Shown: piece after piece, positions 29,607 through 38,953 of the stretch
How the letters are laid out: each line of letters opens with the position of its first letter
How positions within the stretch are numbered: position 1 is the stretch's first letter
Translations under genes and position numbers: made by a program
DNA from: an uncultured Candidatus Saccharibacteria bacterium
Lineage (GTDB): Bacteria; Patescibacteriota; Minisyncoccia; Phycocordibacterales; DAORIS01
Length of the DNA stretch: 64,000 nt
Assembly (NCBI GenBank): GCA_964644035.1
Contig: CAZXUH010000002.1
Coordinates: forward strand, 756-64,755
Reading direction: 5' to 3'
The notes under the pieces: generated by a model
Databases searched by the model: none
Seen by the model: the letters and a program-made list of their open reading frames with translations, nothing else
What the model was told of the DNA's origin: nothing

Positions 29607-29858
29607 ATGCTCAATATAAACGATTATTTAAAAAAGTTTAGTGGTATTGTAAATAATAAACATCAGGCATATAAGATTGTTTCTTCAGAAGTACAAAAAA
29701 TTCTAGGTATTGAAATAAAAAAGCAGGCTGTTGAAATAAAAGAAGGTATCCTTTATCTAAAAGAAAGTCCTATTATAAAAAATACTATTTTCTTCAATAA
29801 GAAAATGATTCTTGAGAATATGCAGAGAGCAGGTTTGAAGATTGTTGATATTCGCTAA
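29607..29858 (+). CDS. DUF721/DciA-like small protein (candidate replicative helicase loader)
   Basis: 83 aa. ...ILGIEIKKQAVEIKEGILYLKESPIIKNTIFFNKKMILENMQRAGLKIVDIR fits the DUF721 pattern. The position just after dnaN is the typical one. Confidence 0.45.
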   Translation: MLNINDYLKKFSGIVNNKHQAYKIVSSEVQKILGIEIKKQAVEIKEGILYLKESPIIKNTIFFNKKMILENMQRAGLKIVDIR

Positions 29859-32057
29859 CTAGAAACCAAAGGTTGATGTAGGTCTCTGCGCCGCATCAAA
29901 GATGATGGTAGAGGTAGAAGATGAGGGAGTAATACCTTGAGATATTGCCCAGAGTCGTACAGGGTATTCCCATTGTTCAAATTGTGAATCAGAATAAGGG
30001 TCGTTTGATCGAGGAATAGTAGGATTTTCTTTATCAATATAGTAAAGGATTTCATGAGGGTCTTGAGCATTGATTTCTCCTCGTACCATAGCAGGATAGC
30101 TACTACTATCTGGTGGAATTGGTTTCTTGAAGTTTTCCTTGGGTACTATCTGTAGAGCTTCTTTCATAAATGCATTCCACATAGGAGCGACGACTAGACC
30201 AGCCACCTTTTTCTCTATAGGTGTATTGTCGTTGTTTCCAGCCCATGCTGCGACGGCAATCGTCGGGCTGTATCCAACAATCCACGTGTCTCTAAAATCG
30301 TTTGTAGTACCTGTTTTGGCCGCTACATCATATCCAGGAAGATAGAGTGCTGAGTATGCGCCATATGCTGGTATACGAGCATTGTTGTCCGACAGAACAT
30401 CGTTGATCATCAGAGCTACATTCTCTTCAAGTACTCGTGTAGGTTCGGGTTTATATTCTTCTATAACATTTCCTTCGCGATCAGTGATTTTGAGTATGCT
30501 TGCTGGTTTGTTTTTTATACCTTCATTGGCAAATACTCCATAAGCACCAGCCATATCGAGGGGAGAAACTTCGCCGCCTCCAAGTACGAGAGTAAGACCA
30601 TAGTCATTTGCTGACTTGAGGCTTGTAATACCCATATCTTTTGCCAAACGGAGGGCATTGCCTATACCTGTTAAGTACAAAACCTTAATAGCAGGAATGT
30701 TTCTTGATTGAGCGAGAGCATTTCTCAAAGAAATAGGTCCTACGAATACATCATCGTAGTTTTGTGGCATATAACAGTTGGCCGTAGGAGACTTGGGTGT
30801 TCCATCTGGGTTGCAGGCTGTTGAGAATTCGGTCTTAACGTCGTATACCACTGTTTCGGGTAGATAACCTTTATTGAAAAGCGATGCATAGACAAAAGGT
30901 TTAAACGAAGAACCAGGTTGGCGGTGGGCTGTGGCAACATTGAAATTGCCCTCTATATCCTTGTCAAAATAATCTCTCGAACCAATCATGGTGAGGATTT
31001 GTCCTGTTTTAGGATCAATAGCAACTAGTGAAGCATTTTCAGCATTAAACTTCTTTTCATTTTCCAAAGCATATTGTTTTACTATTTCTTCACCTTTTTT
31101 CTGAAGTTCAAAGTCGAGTGTGGTGACAATATTGAATCCACGGCGTACAAGCTCTTCTGCTCCGTATTTTTCTTCAAGATATTCTTTTATATACATTACA
31201 AAATGCGGAGCCTTGATAGAAATATTTTCTTGAGGAATAAAGGTGATAACTTCAGCTTTTGCCGCTTCATATTCTGATTCGCTAATCATATCTTCCTCGT
31301 ACATTTTTCTAAGAACGAGATTTTTTCGATTCATGAGCGCTTCTCTATGATTTCCGTAAGGAGAATAATACGTTGGAGCCTGAGGAAGAGCGGCTAGTGT
31401 CGCTGCTTCACCAAGAGTAACGTCAGCTGAGGTTTTACCAAAAAAAGCCATACTTGCTTCCTCTATACCGTAGATATTTCCTCCATATGGGTTTTCATTG
31501 AGATAGATATTGAGAATATCTTCTTTAGTCATAATTCTCTCAAGATTGATAGCAAGAACCCACTCCTTTACCTTTCTTGAAATCAATTTGTCTTTTGTGA
31601 GTAGGGCATTCTTCACTACTTGCTGAGTGATAGTTGATCCACCCTGAGTAAAACCTCCTGTTGTCAGGTTGACGATTATTGCTCGTGCAAAAGAAAGAGG
31701 TCTTACACCATGGTGATCGTAAAATTCCGAGTCTTCAATAGCAACAGTGGCATTTTTTACATATCTTGAAATCTGATTGCTTGCAACCACGGTTCTGCGG
31801 GTGTTTTGATTGAGGTCATAGAGAAGTATTTTGCCTGTACGATCATAAATCTTGGTAGATACGTCCACTCGGCGCTCTTCAAACGACTCTATATCAGGAA
31901 GTTTGAGGGTTGAAGCCCATACGAAGAAAATACCCACAAAGAGTATGAACAATGAAGCGTAAAGCAACATCATGTTCTTGGTGAAGAGGAATGAGACCCG
32001 CTTGAATCGTCGCAGGACGTGCTTAATTACGCGTTTAATGCGTGGAACTATTCTCAT
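29859..32057 (-). CDS. class A penicillin-binding protein (bifunctional glycosyltransferase/transpeptidase, PBP1A-type)
   Basis: N-terminal TM, GT51 motifs (...EDSEFYDHHG..., ...QGGSTITQQ...) and transpeptidase motifs (...SSFKPF..., SRN, KTGT). 732 aa. Confidence 0.9.
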   Translation of the reverse strand: MRIVPRIKRVIKHVLRRFKRVSFLFTKNMMLLYASLFILFVGIFFVWASTLKLPDIESFEERRVDVSTKIYDRTGKILLYDLNQNTRRTVVASNQISRYVKNATVAIEDSEFYDHHGVRPLSFARAIIVNLTTGGFTQGGSTITQQVVKNALLTKDKLISRKVKEWVLAINLERIMTKEDILNIYLNENPYGGNIYGIEEASMAFFGKTSADVTLGEAATLAALPQAPTYYSPYGNHREALMNRKNLVLRKMYEEDMISESEYEAAKAEVITFIPQENISIKAPHFVMYIKEYLEEKYGAEELVRRGFNIVTTLDFELQKKGEEIVKQYALENEKKFNAENASLVAIDPKTGQILTMIGSRDYFDKDIEGNFNVATAHRQPGSSFKPFVYASLFNKGYLPETVVYDVKTEFSTACNPDGTPKSPTANCYMPQNYDDVFVGPISLRNALAQSRNIPAIKVLYLTGIGNALRLAKDMGITSLKSANDYGLTLVLGGGEVSPLDMAGAYGVFANEGIKNKPASILKITDREGNVIEEYKPEPTRVLEENVALMINDVLSDNNARIPAYGAYSALYLPGYDVAAKTGTTNDFRDTWIVGYSPTIAVAAWAGNNDNTPIEKKVAGLVVAPMWNAFMKEALQIVPKENFKKPIPPDSSSYPAMVRGEINAQDPHEILYYIDKENPTIPRSNDPYSDSQFEQWEYPVRLWAISQGITPSSSTSTIIFDAAQRPTSTFGF

Positions 32058-32111
32058 AGTCTAGAACTATTAAAATACCACAAAAAGGTCAGCTATGATA
32101 GAGTAGTTTAT

Positions 32112-33302
32112 ATGACGGAAGCTGAAAAAAACCAAAGAATCGACGACATACTTACTCGCGGTGTAGAGGATATCTTTATAAAAGAAAGTCTCAAAGCAAA
32201 ACTCCTTTCAGGCAAAAAGCTCAGAGTGAAGCTTGGTTTTGACCCAACATCAAAACATGTACATGTAGGACGGGCAATACAGCTCTGGAAACTACGTGCT
32301 TTTCAAGAACTCGGCCATACGGTTGTCTTTATTGTCGGAGATTTCACCGCTCTTATTGGTGATCCATCGGATAAGCTTGCCAAAAGGCCTATGCTTACCA
32401 AGGAGGCAGTGAAGGAAAACTTAAAAACATATAAAGAACAGATCGGAAAAATAATCGATCTCTCAAAAGCAGAATTTCAACACAATTCAGAGTGGTTGGA
32501 GAAACTCAATTTTGCCCAGATAGCAGAACTAGCAGAAAGTTTTACGGTTAGTCAGATGCTTGAAAGAAGAAATTTCAAAGAACGTTATGAAAAAGGAGAT
32601 CATATTTCACTACGAGAATTTTTATATCCACTTTTGCAGGGATATGACTCGGTAATGGTAAAAGCAGATGTTGAAATAGGTGGCTTCGATCAACTTTTCA
32701 ATCTCAAAGCAGGCAGAGTAATACAAAAACATTATGATATGCCTGAGCAGGATGTGCTAACAGGGCAAATGCTTGAGGGTACCGACGGTCGCAAGATGTC
32801 ATCGAGCTGGGGCAACATTATTTCTATTACTGATGCCCCAGCAGATATGTATGGCAAGGTTATGTCGCTCAAAGACGAATTGATCGAACGTTATTTTACT
32901 CTCTGCACGCAACTCTCACTTGCAGAAATCAAAGAAATAGTAGAAGAGCTTGCCTCAGGCACCAATCCAAAAGATATTAAAATGCGCTTGGCTAGAGAGA
33001 TTGTTACGCTTTATCACAGCAAAGAAGATGCACAGAAAGCTGAGACAGCATTTATTGATACGTTTTCACACGGCAAGATTCCAGAAGATGTTGCTGAAAT
33101 TAAGGCAGAAAAAAATAAACAGCTCGCTGAGCTGCTTATTACTGCCAATATTATTGCTTCCAAGACCGAATGGCGCCGACTTGTCACAGAAGGAGCTGTT
33201 TCTATTGTTTCAACTGATGAGAAAATTACCGATCCACTCTATATTCCAGAAAAGGGAAGTGTATTGAGAATAGGAAAGAAGAGATTTGTAAAAATCGCCT
33301 GA
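32112..33302 (+). CDS. tyrS: tyrosine--tRNA ligase
   Basis: HIGH-like ...HVHVGRAIQL... and KMSKS-like KMSSSWGN motifs, plus a C-terminal S4-like region. The start is taken at MTEAEKN to avoid the overlap with the PBP gene. Confidence 0.7.
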   Translation: MTEAEKNQRIDDILTRGVEDIFIKESLKAKLLSGKKLRVKLGFDPTSKHVHVGRAIQLWKLRAFQELGHTVVFIVGDFTALIGDPSDKLAKRPMLTKEAVKENLKTYKEQIGKIIDLSKAEFQHNSEWLEKLNFAQIAELAESFTVSQMLERRNFKERYEKGDHISLREFLYPLLQGYDSVMVKADVEIGGFDQLFNLKAGRVIQKHYDMPEQDVLTGQMLEGTDGRKMSSSWGNIISITDAPADMYGKVMSLKDELIERYFTLCTQLSLAEIKEIVEELASGTNPKDIKMRLAREIVTLYHSKEDAQKAETAFIDTFSHGKIPEDVAEIKAEKNKQLAELLITANIIASKTEWRRLVTEGAVSIVSTDEKITDPLYIPEKGSVLRIGKKRFVKIA

Positions 33303-33566
33303 TTATTCGTCGCTTCGATAGTCATCGAGAGGGTTCCAGCTCTCCTCATCATCCTCGTCGTCGGGATTTTTACTCTCTCCATCCTCATCATCCTCAAGAT
33401 TGACGGTGCCTTCTGGTGGATCTTCCTCTTCCTCCTCTTCTTTTACATTTAATTTTTCAGGATCAATAGGCAAGGATTCTTCAGCACCTTCTTCTTTTTC
33501 AGATTCAGGAGTTTCTTCTTCCTCTTCTTCAGTCATCTCTTCATCATCATTACTTCTTCGTGCCAT
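33303..33566 (-). CDS. hypothetical highly acidic small protein (D/E-rich)
   Basis: 87 aa, roughly half Glu/Asp (MARRSNDDEEMTEEEEEETPESEKEE...). Low complexity and no family recognised. Confidence 0.4.
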   Translation of the reverse strand: MARRSNDDEEMTEEEEEETPESEKEEGAEESLPIDPEKLNVKEEEEEEDPPEGTVNLEDDEDGESKNPDDEDDEESWNPLDDYRSDE

Positions 33567-33620
33567 TGCTATTCGATATTAATTATAAATTTTGTTTTAT
33601 GGCTATAGTTGTACCAAAAA

Positions 33621-34106
33621 CTATTTTTTTTGCAATAGAAGGGCGCGTTGGGGATAACTTGCCTCACCAGCAAGAGCTATGGCAATAGCATCATATTCAT
33701 CATCTTTTACTTTTTCTTTATTTATTTTGACCAAACGCTTGACCATATCAGTCACTTGCTGCTTATCACTCTTTCCATAGCCAGTAACAGCTACTTTTAC
33801 CTGCAGAGGGGACAATTCAAAGACAGATACATTGTTTTTACAGGCTTCGTATATGATTACACCGCGTGCTTCAGACACGCGCATGGCAGTCTTTTGATTA
33901 TTGGTGAAAAAAAGTGTCTCTATCGATAGGAGTTGTGGTTTGTATGATTGTATTATGTCCGAAATTTTATTGCCAATCGAGTGTATTCTAATATTTGCAT
34001 CATCTGCGCGTGAAGTCTCAAAACATTCTGAGTAAATGAGTTTGCTATTCTCAACTATTGCTATACCAACACGATCATACCCTGGATCGATACCAAGAGT
34101 GCGCAT
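33621..34106 (-). CDS. ruvC: crossover junction endodeoxyribonuclease RuvC
   Basis: MRTLGIDPGYDRVGIAIVE... is the N-terminal RuvC catalytic motif. The start is taken at this Met, which abuts the yebC stop. Confidence 0.85.
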   Translation of the reverse strand: MRTLGIDPGYDRVGIAIVENSKLIYSECFETSRADDANIRIHSIGNKISDIIQSYKPQLLSIETLFFTNNQKTAMRVSEARGVIIYEACKNNVSVFELSPLQVKVAVTGYGKSDKQQVTDMVKRLVKINKEKVKDDEYDAIAIALAGEASYPQRALLLQKK

Positions 34107-34107
34107 A

Positions 34108-34638
34108 TTATTCTGCATTGGTGAAGACATCTTGTACTTCATCGTTCTCTTCGAGCTCACCAATAAGGTTTTCAAGCACGGTAGCGTCCTCACCAGTCAC
34201 AGGTATAGTGGTATTTGGTACCCATTCTCGATTTTGTTTGCTAAAGGCCCATGATGCCGATCCTGGAGCAGCAAGAGCGAAGCCTTGTTTGGAGAGGATG
34301 TGCTTTACTTCTTGTGCAGCTTTGTTTCTATTGTCTGTGAGCGCTTCAATAATAACTGCACATCCAGCTGGGCCGTATGCTTCATAGGTAATATTCTCCA
34401 TAGCAGCGCTATTGTCGGTCGTAGCTTTTTTAATAGCACGCTCAATCGTGTCTGATGGCATGTTTTCTGCTCGAGCTTTTTCTATAGCAGCCTTGAGACC
34501 GGGGGAATTGAGATTGCCGCCAGCTTTCTTTGCTTCGACGGCAATATATCTCCCCATTTTGGTGAATATTTTACTCTTCTGAGCATCGGTACCAGCTTTC
34601 TGACGTTTTATTTTTGACCATTTATTGTGTCCTGCCAT
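34108..34638 (-). CDS. yebC: YebC/PmpR-family transcriptional regulator (shortened, 176 aa)
   Basis: MAGHNKWSKIKRQKA...DTIERAIKK... at the N-terminus and ...DEVQDVFTNAE at the C-terminus. The middle of the canonical ~240-aa protein appears to be absent. Confidence 0.8.
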   Translation of the reverse strand: MAGHNKWSKIKRQKAGTDAQKSKIFTKMGRYIAVEAKKAGGNLNSPGLKAAIEKARAENMPSDTIERAIKKATTDNSAAMENITYEAYGPAGCAVIIEALTDNRNKAAQEVKHILSKQGFALAAPGSASWAFSKQNREWVPNTTIPVTGEDATVLENLIGELEENDEVQDVFTNAE

Positions 34639-34640
34639 AT

Positions 34641-35627
34641 TTATTTCTTTATGTGATGACGTGCCTTCGTCGTCGCTACTCTTCCGCGTGGTGTGCGTTC
34701 AAGCATGCCGATCTGTATAAGATACGGTTCATTGAAATCTTCGACAGTGTTCGCTTCTTCCGAAAGTGCCGCTGCAATAGTATTGACTCCAACTGGGCCG
34801 CCGTCAAACTTTTCAATAATCACTTCGAGCAATGCTCTGTCTGACGGAGCAAGGCCGTGTTCGTCGATTCCAAGCAAACTCAAAGCATTGAGTACGGTAT
34901 CTTGTGAGAGATCTTTCTTTTTTACCTGAGCAAAGTCACGGCTGCGCTTCAAAAGATAGTTGGCAGTACGTGGTGTGAAGCGACTTCTTTCAGCGATGAG
35001 TCTTACTGCTTTTTCATCAACTTTTATACCAAGTAATTTTGCAGATTTTCTAATGATTTCCATCATTTCATCGGTCGAATAGAATTCCATTCTAAATACT
35101 CCACCAGCAAAACGACTGCGTAGTGGGGAAGAGAGCATAGATATACGTGTTGTTGCAGCAATAAGTGTGAAAGGCTGCAACTCGAGTTGTATGGTGCGCG
35201 CCGAAGGACCTTTTCCCAAAATAATATCGAGAGAACGTGATTCCATAGCAGGATAAAGAACTTCTTCAATAGTTTTATTGAGACGATGTATTTCGTCGAT
35301 AAACAAAACATCTCCTGCCTGAAGATTGGTAAGAATAGAAGCGAGATCTCCAACCTTTTCAATCGCTGGACCTGACGTAATTTTCATGTTAGAACCTATT
35401 TCCTTGGCGATGAGATGCGCCAAAGTCGTCTTTCCGAGTCCTGGTGGCCCGTAAAAGAGTACATGTTCGGGTGGGTGACCGCGTTCGCGGGCAGCCTTAA
35501 TAAGAATATCGAGATTTTCCTTGATATTTTCCTGACCAACGTAGTCTTCGAAGCTGCTCGGCCGCAGCGTAGTGTCGAGGGCGACGACTTCTTCCTCAGG
35601 AATGTTATCGAGGGCGGTACTTGACAT
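34641..35627 (-). CDS. ruvB: Holliday junction branch migration helicase RuvB
   Basis: GPPGLGKTTLA Walker A, ...DVLFIDEIHRL..., and a C-terminal winged helix. 328 aa. Confidence 0.95.
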   Translation of the reverse strand: MSSTALDNIPEEEVVALDTTLRPSSFEDYVGQENIKENLDILIKAARERGHPPEHVLFYGPPGLGKTTLAHLIAKEIGSNMKITSGPAIEKVGDLASILTNLQAGDVLFIDEIHRLNKTIEEVLYPAMESRSLDIILGKGPSARTIQLELQPFTLIAATTRISMLSSPLRSRFAGGVFRMEFYSTDEMMEIIRKSAKLLGIKVDEKAVRLIAERSRFTPRTANYLLKRSRDFAQVKKKDLSQDTVLNALSLLGIDEHGLAPSDRALLEVIIEKFDGGPVGVNTIAAALSEEANTVEDFNEPYLIQIGMLERTPRGRVATTKARHHIKK

Positions 35628-35897
35628 AAAAAATAATGTATGATAATATTGTGGTCTGACGGACGGTTCTCGTCTTGGTTCCTGGTCAACCCAATAAATC
35701 TCTAAGCAATGGCCTCACGCTTGCGCGAGGTATAAAGATCCTTTTGCGAGGATAACCTGGTGTTGTGCCTTGCAGCACTCCGTGCTGGGTTACCCCTTAG
35801 AAATGAATCTGGCTTTTAGTGCTTTATATTAAAAGTATTGCTTAGAGATTTATGTGGTGGACCGTGTACAATACTCTCTACATGCTACGTGCTCAGC

Positions 35898-35930
35898 TAA
35901 AAAACACAACTTGTTAAGTTGTGTTTTTTA
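35898..35930. terminator. bidirectional Rho-independent terminator (ends pilB transcript)
   Basis: AAAAAACACAACTT-gtt-AAGTTGTGTTTTTT, a perfect hairpin flanked by an A-run and a T-run. Confidence 0.75.
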
Positions 35931-37631
35931 TATCGTAAGTGCCGGATCGGACTTTTTTTGTATATCATCGAGGTCAACAACACGCTCGAGCTCTTCAATG
36001 GTTGTTAAACCTGTAATAACCTTGAGAATTCCATCTTGTTGGAGTGTAAAAATACCCTGTGGAGCAGCTGCGGTGCGTATATCACGCTCGCTGGGGTTGT
36101 TGATAACTGTTTTTTCAATTGCTTCATCGGTCACGATCGCTTCATAGACTCCAATTCGGCCAACATAGCCAGTCATATTGCATTTGGCACAGCCGACAGG
36201 CTTATATATAGTCCACGCTGAAGGTATTTTTGTCTTATCTGGAATGGTTGCGAGAATATCATCGATCGTTTTCTTATCCATAGCATTGATTTCTATTTTT
36301 TCTCGGCAATCTGGGCAGAGTTTGCGCACCAAACGTTGTGCCATCGACAGACTGAGTGCTGAAGTAAGGATTTTTGGATTGACACCGAGGTCTATAAGTC
36401 GGGGATAGGTGCCGGCAGCATTATTGGTATGCAATGTAGAGAAGACAAGGTGACCAGTGAGCGATGCATTGACCGCAATCTCGGCAGTTTCTTGGTCTCG
36501 GATTTCACCAACCATGATTACGTCCGGATCTTGTCGGAGTGCTGCTCGCAGTCCTGAGAGGAAGGTATAACCTTTTTCACTATCGGTCTGTGTTTGAACA
36601 ATACCTGGTAGATGATATTCAATCGGGTTTTCAATAGTAATGATTTTTACTTCTGGTTTGTGAATTTTCTTAAGAAAAGCATAGAGAGTAGTGGTTTTTC
36701 CAGAACCAGTGGGGCCGGTGGTCAGGATCATGCCGTTGGGTTTAGTAAGAGATTTTTGTATGACTTCCAAAAGTGCATCGCTAATGCCAAGATCTTCGAG
36801 TGGTACGCCGATCGATTCAGGATTGAGAATACGCATGACGACAGAATCATTGTATGCACCAGGCAAAATCGAAGTTCTGATTTCTATATCTGACTTTTCG
36901 ATCTTAATACTGAATCTTCCATCTTGAGAATTGCCTTTTGTATTGAGTTTCAAGCCCGAAAGAAGCTTGATACGTGAAAGAATAAGAGAATAAGTGCTGG
37001 TATCAAACTGCACAATATCGACAAGGACACCGTCGAGACGATATCGCAGGCGTACATATGATTGTTCGGGTTCTATGTGTATATCAGAAGCATTGGTTGC
37101 GAGTCCGCCGGAGAGAATGATTTCCAAAATTTTAGAAATACGATGACTTTTCTTCAGAGCCAACGTTTCTTCAATAAGTTTTTTAACATCAGGGAGAGTC
37201 CTGACGTTTTTTAGTATTTCATTGATCTCTTCATTGGAAATATCAAGAGCGCCAGCCTTGGTTTCAAAAGAAAAAGACAAATCTTTGTAACGTGCCCAGA
37301 CACTTTCAAGACTGTTCATGGAAACGATATGCAAATCTACCTCGTATCCTTTTTGTTTGAGCTCGGCGATGAAATCAATAGTTTTTTGATTATTAGGAGC
37401 AGCGACTGCCATTTCAACTTTTCGTGCCATAACACTAAAGGGAGCAATAAGTGCTTCACGAGCTTTTGCTTCGTCGACTATTCGCAGTGCTTCGACATTG
37501 ATCGGTGTAATCGTTAGGTCGGCGTAGGGGATGGAGTACTTTGTCGACAATGCTCGGGCTAGATTTTCTTCATCTAGGTCCTTGAGCTCCTTGGACATCT
37601 TTTTCTGCTTCTCATCATCGAAGACAATCAT
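35928..37631 (-). CDS. pilB: type IV pilus assembly ATPase PilB (GspE family)
   Basis: N-terminal GSPII_E_N-like region, Walker A GPTGSGKTTT, Asp/His boxes, and a tetracysteine CPDC...CAKC. The start is taken at MIVFDDEK; the ORF track extends to 37778. Confidence 0.85.
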   Translation of the reverse strand: MIVFDDEKQKKMSKELKDLDEENLARALSTKYSIPYADLTITPINVEALRIVDEAKAREALIAPFSVMARKVEMAVAAPNNQKTIDFIAELKQKGYEVDLHIVSMNSLESVWARYKDLSFSFETKAGALDISNEEINEILKNVRTLPDVKKLIEETLALKKSHRISKILEIILSGGLATNASDIHIEPEQSYVRLRYRLDGVLVDIVQFDTSTYSLILSRIKLLSGLKLNTKGNSQDGRFSIKIEKSDIEIRTSILPGAYNDSVVMRILNPESIGVPLEDLGISDALLEVIQKSLTKPNGMILTTGPTGSGKTTTLYAFLKKIHKPEVKIITIENPIEYHLPGIVQTQTDSEKGYTFLSGLRAALRQDPDVIMVGEIRDQETAEIAVNASLTGHLVFSTLHTNNAAGTYPRLIDLGVNPKILTSALSLSMAQRLVRKLCPDCREKIEINAMDKKTIDDILATIPDKTKIPSAWTIYKPVGCAKCNMTGYVGRIGVYEAIVTDEAIEKTVINNPSERDIRTAAAPQGIFTLQQDGILKVITGLTTIEELERVVDLDDIQKKSDPALTI

Positions 37632-37805
37632 GTTCCATATTCTAGCATACACCGTCACAATTAAGCTCCTTAAAACACCCCTTTCTAGGCCTAAAATAGC
37701 CCAGCTAAGCTTATTGACAAGTGCTATATAAATATGATATAATATACACGGAGTACGATCATTGAATGAATCAATCAAAACATTTTCCCAATGAAAGGGG
37801 AATTT

Positions 37806-38327
37806 ATGAAAACGATCATTTGTCTTGCGCTTCTGTCACTGCTTACTGGTTGCGCGGCCTACAATCCGCAGACTGGCAAGCAAGCTACACCAGTTGATGG
37901 ACTGACTGCAACAGGCACCTATCTTGCGAAGGCGTTTACCCCGGGCAACCGAGAGTATGCCAACACTTCCACACTAAATGCTGTAAAGCATGAAATGCGG
38001 AAGGAAGGATTTGTGCCCGTTCGCATCCCACGCAACTACGATCAATACGATCGTGGCCAGCGTTACTACCGAGATTCGTCTTCTTCATTTGTCGGCGCTG
38101 GTGTTTTCACCGGACGCGATGAGTACGAAGATACTTGGGCTTGGCAGGATGAAAAAGGTATTTGGCATGTCCAAAGCGGCTATGCCACATACTCCGAGAT
38201 TGAGGTTGCAGCTGAGGCTGAAATTCATATCGTCGGACAAGGCATCGATGTTGAAAAGAAGGTTCGTGATTACGAAAATTACCACAGTGTGCGAGCTCAA
38301 CGCGAGCACGGCGGTAAGCAAAAGTAA
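37806..38327 (+). CDS. hypothetical lipoprotein (GC-rich gene)
   Basis: MKTIICLALLSLLTGC lipobox. The gene's GC content is visibly higher than its surroundings. Confidence 0.55.
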   Translation: MKTIICLALLSLLTGCAAYNPQTGKQATPVDGLTATGTYLAKAFTPGNREYANTSTLNAVKHEMRKEGFVPVRIPRNYDQYDRGQRYYRDSSSSFVGAGVFTGRDEYEDTWAWQDEKGIWHVQSGYATYSEIEVAAEAEIHIVGQGIDVEKKVRDYENYHSVRAQREHGGKQK

Positions 38328-38336
38328 CTCCTTCCC

Positions 38337-38389
38337 GGGCCCTGCTGATAATCGAGTACGTGTGTACTCGGCAGCAGGGCCTTTCTTTT
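38337..38389 (+). terminator. Rho-independent terminator (nested GC-rich hairpins)
   Basis: GGGCCCTGCTG...CAGCAGGGCC stem enclosing a CGAGTAC/GTACTCG hairpin, followed by TTTCTTTT. Confidence 0.7.
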
Positions 38390-38418
38390 ACACAATCTTT
38401 TACCTGAAGAGGTAAACA

Positions 38419-38886
38419 ATGAAAACCATTTCGGCAATCATTCTGTGTATGGTGGGGGTGATCAATACTGGTTGCTCCACCTGGGTGCCGAGCTATGTGT
38501 CGAAGGACACGCTTTCTGGCAACATGACTCCCAAGGAAGTATCAATCGCCGACGGTCGCGTGCTCTACGAGTTTCGTGACAATGTTGGAGATATGACTGG
38601 GGTATACTGGGTCTTCGAAAAATGCGATCCAGATCCCGACGTCTTCTACTATCCGGAGGCAGCATTTGCTCAAGCTTTTGCCGTCCTTGCTGACGGATAC
38701 AATCCTTTCAATGGCGACGAAGTGTACTCTTTTGCAATCCGAGGTCAGAACCATGCGTCTTGGATTGAATTTGAGACACATTCGGGCACACATTATATAG
38801 GTTGCATGAGGGGATACTGGGATATTTCAAAACCTGTACCCCCAGGGCGGTCTGTCGTAGTGTATTTGCCCGGATACGAGTATTGA
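38419..38886 (+). CDS. hypothetical lipoprotein (GC-rich gene)
   Basis: MKTISAIILCMVGVINTGC lipobox. 155 aa and no family recognised. Confidence 0.55.
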   Translation: MKTISAIILCMVGVINTGCSTWVPSYVSKDTLSGNMTPKEVSIADGRVLYEFRDNVGDMTGVYWVFEKCDPDPDVFYYPEAAFAQAFAVLADGYNPFNGDEVYSFAIRGQNHASWIEFETHSGTHYIGCMRGYWDISKPVPPGRSVVVYLPGYEY

Positions 38887-38913
38887 TTGGTAAAATTCTA
38901 ATGATGGTCTATT

Positions 38914-38944
38914 GGCCCGCGATTAAAAATCGCGGGCCTTTTCT
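38914..38944 (+). terminator. Rho-independent terminator
   Basis: GGCCCGCGATT-aaaa-AATCGCGGGCC followed by TTTTCT. Confidence 0.75.
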
Positions 38945-38953
38945 ATACTACTT

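Noticed and set aside
32019-32111. Upstream extension of the tyrS ORF overlapping the PBP gene by 38 nt.
   Set aside because: The extension has no conserved residues. The Met at 32112 (MTEAEKNQ) gives a normal TyrS N-terminus without the overlap.
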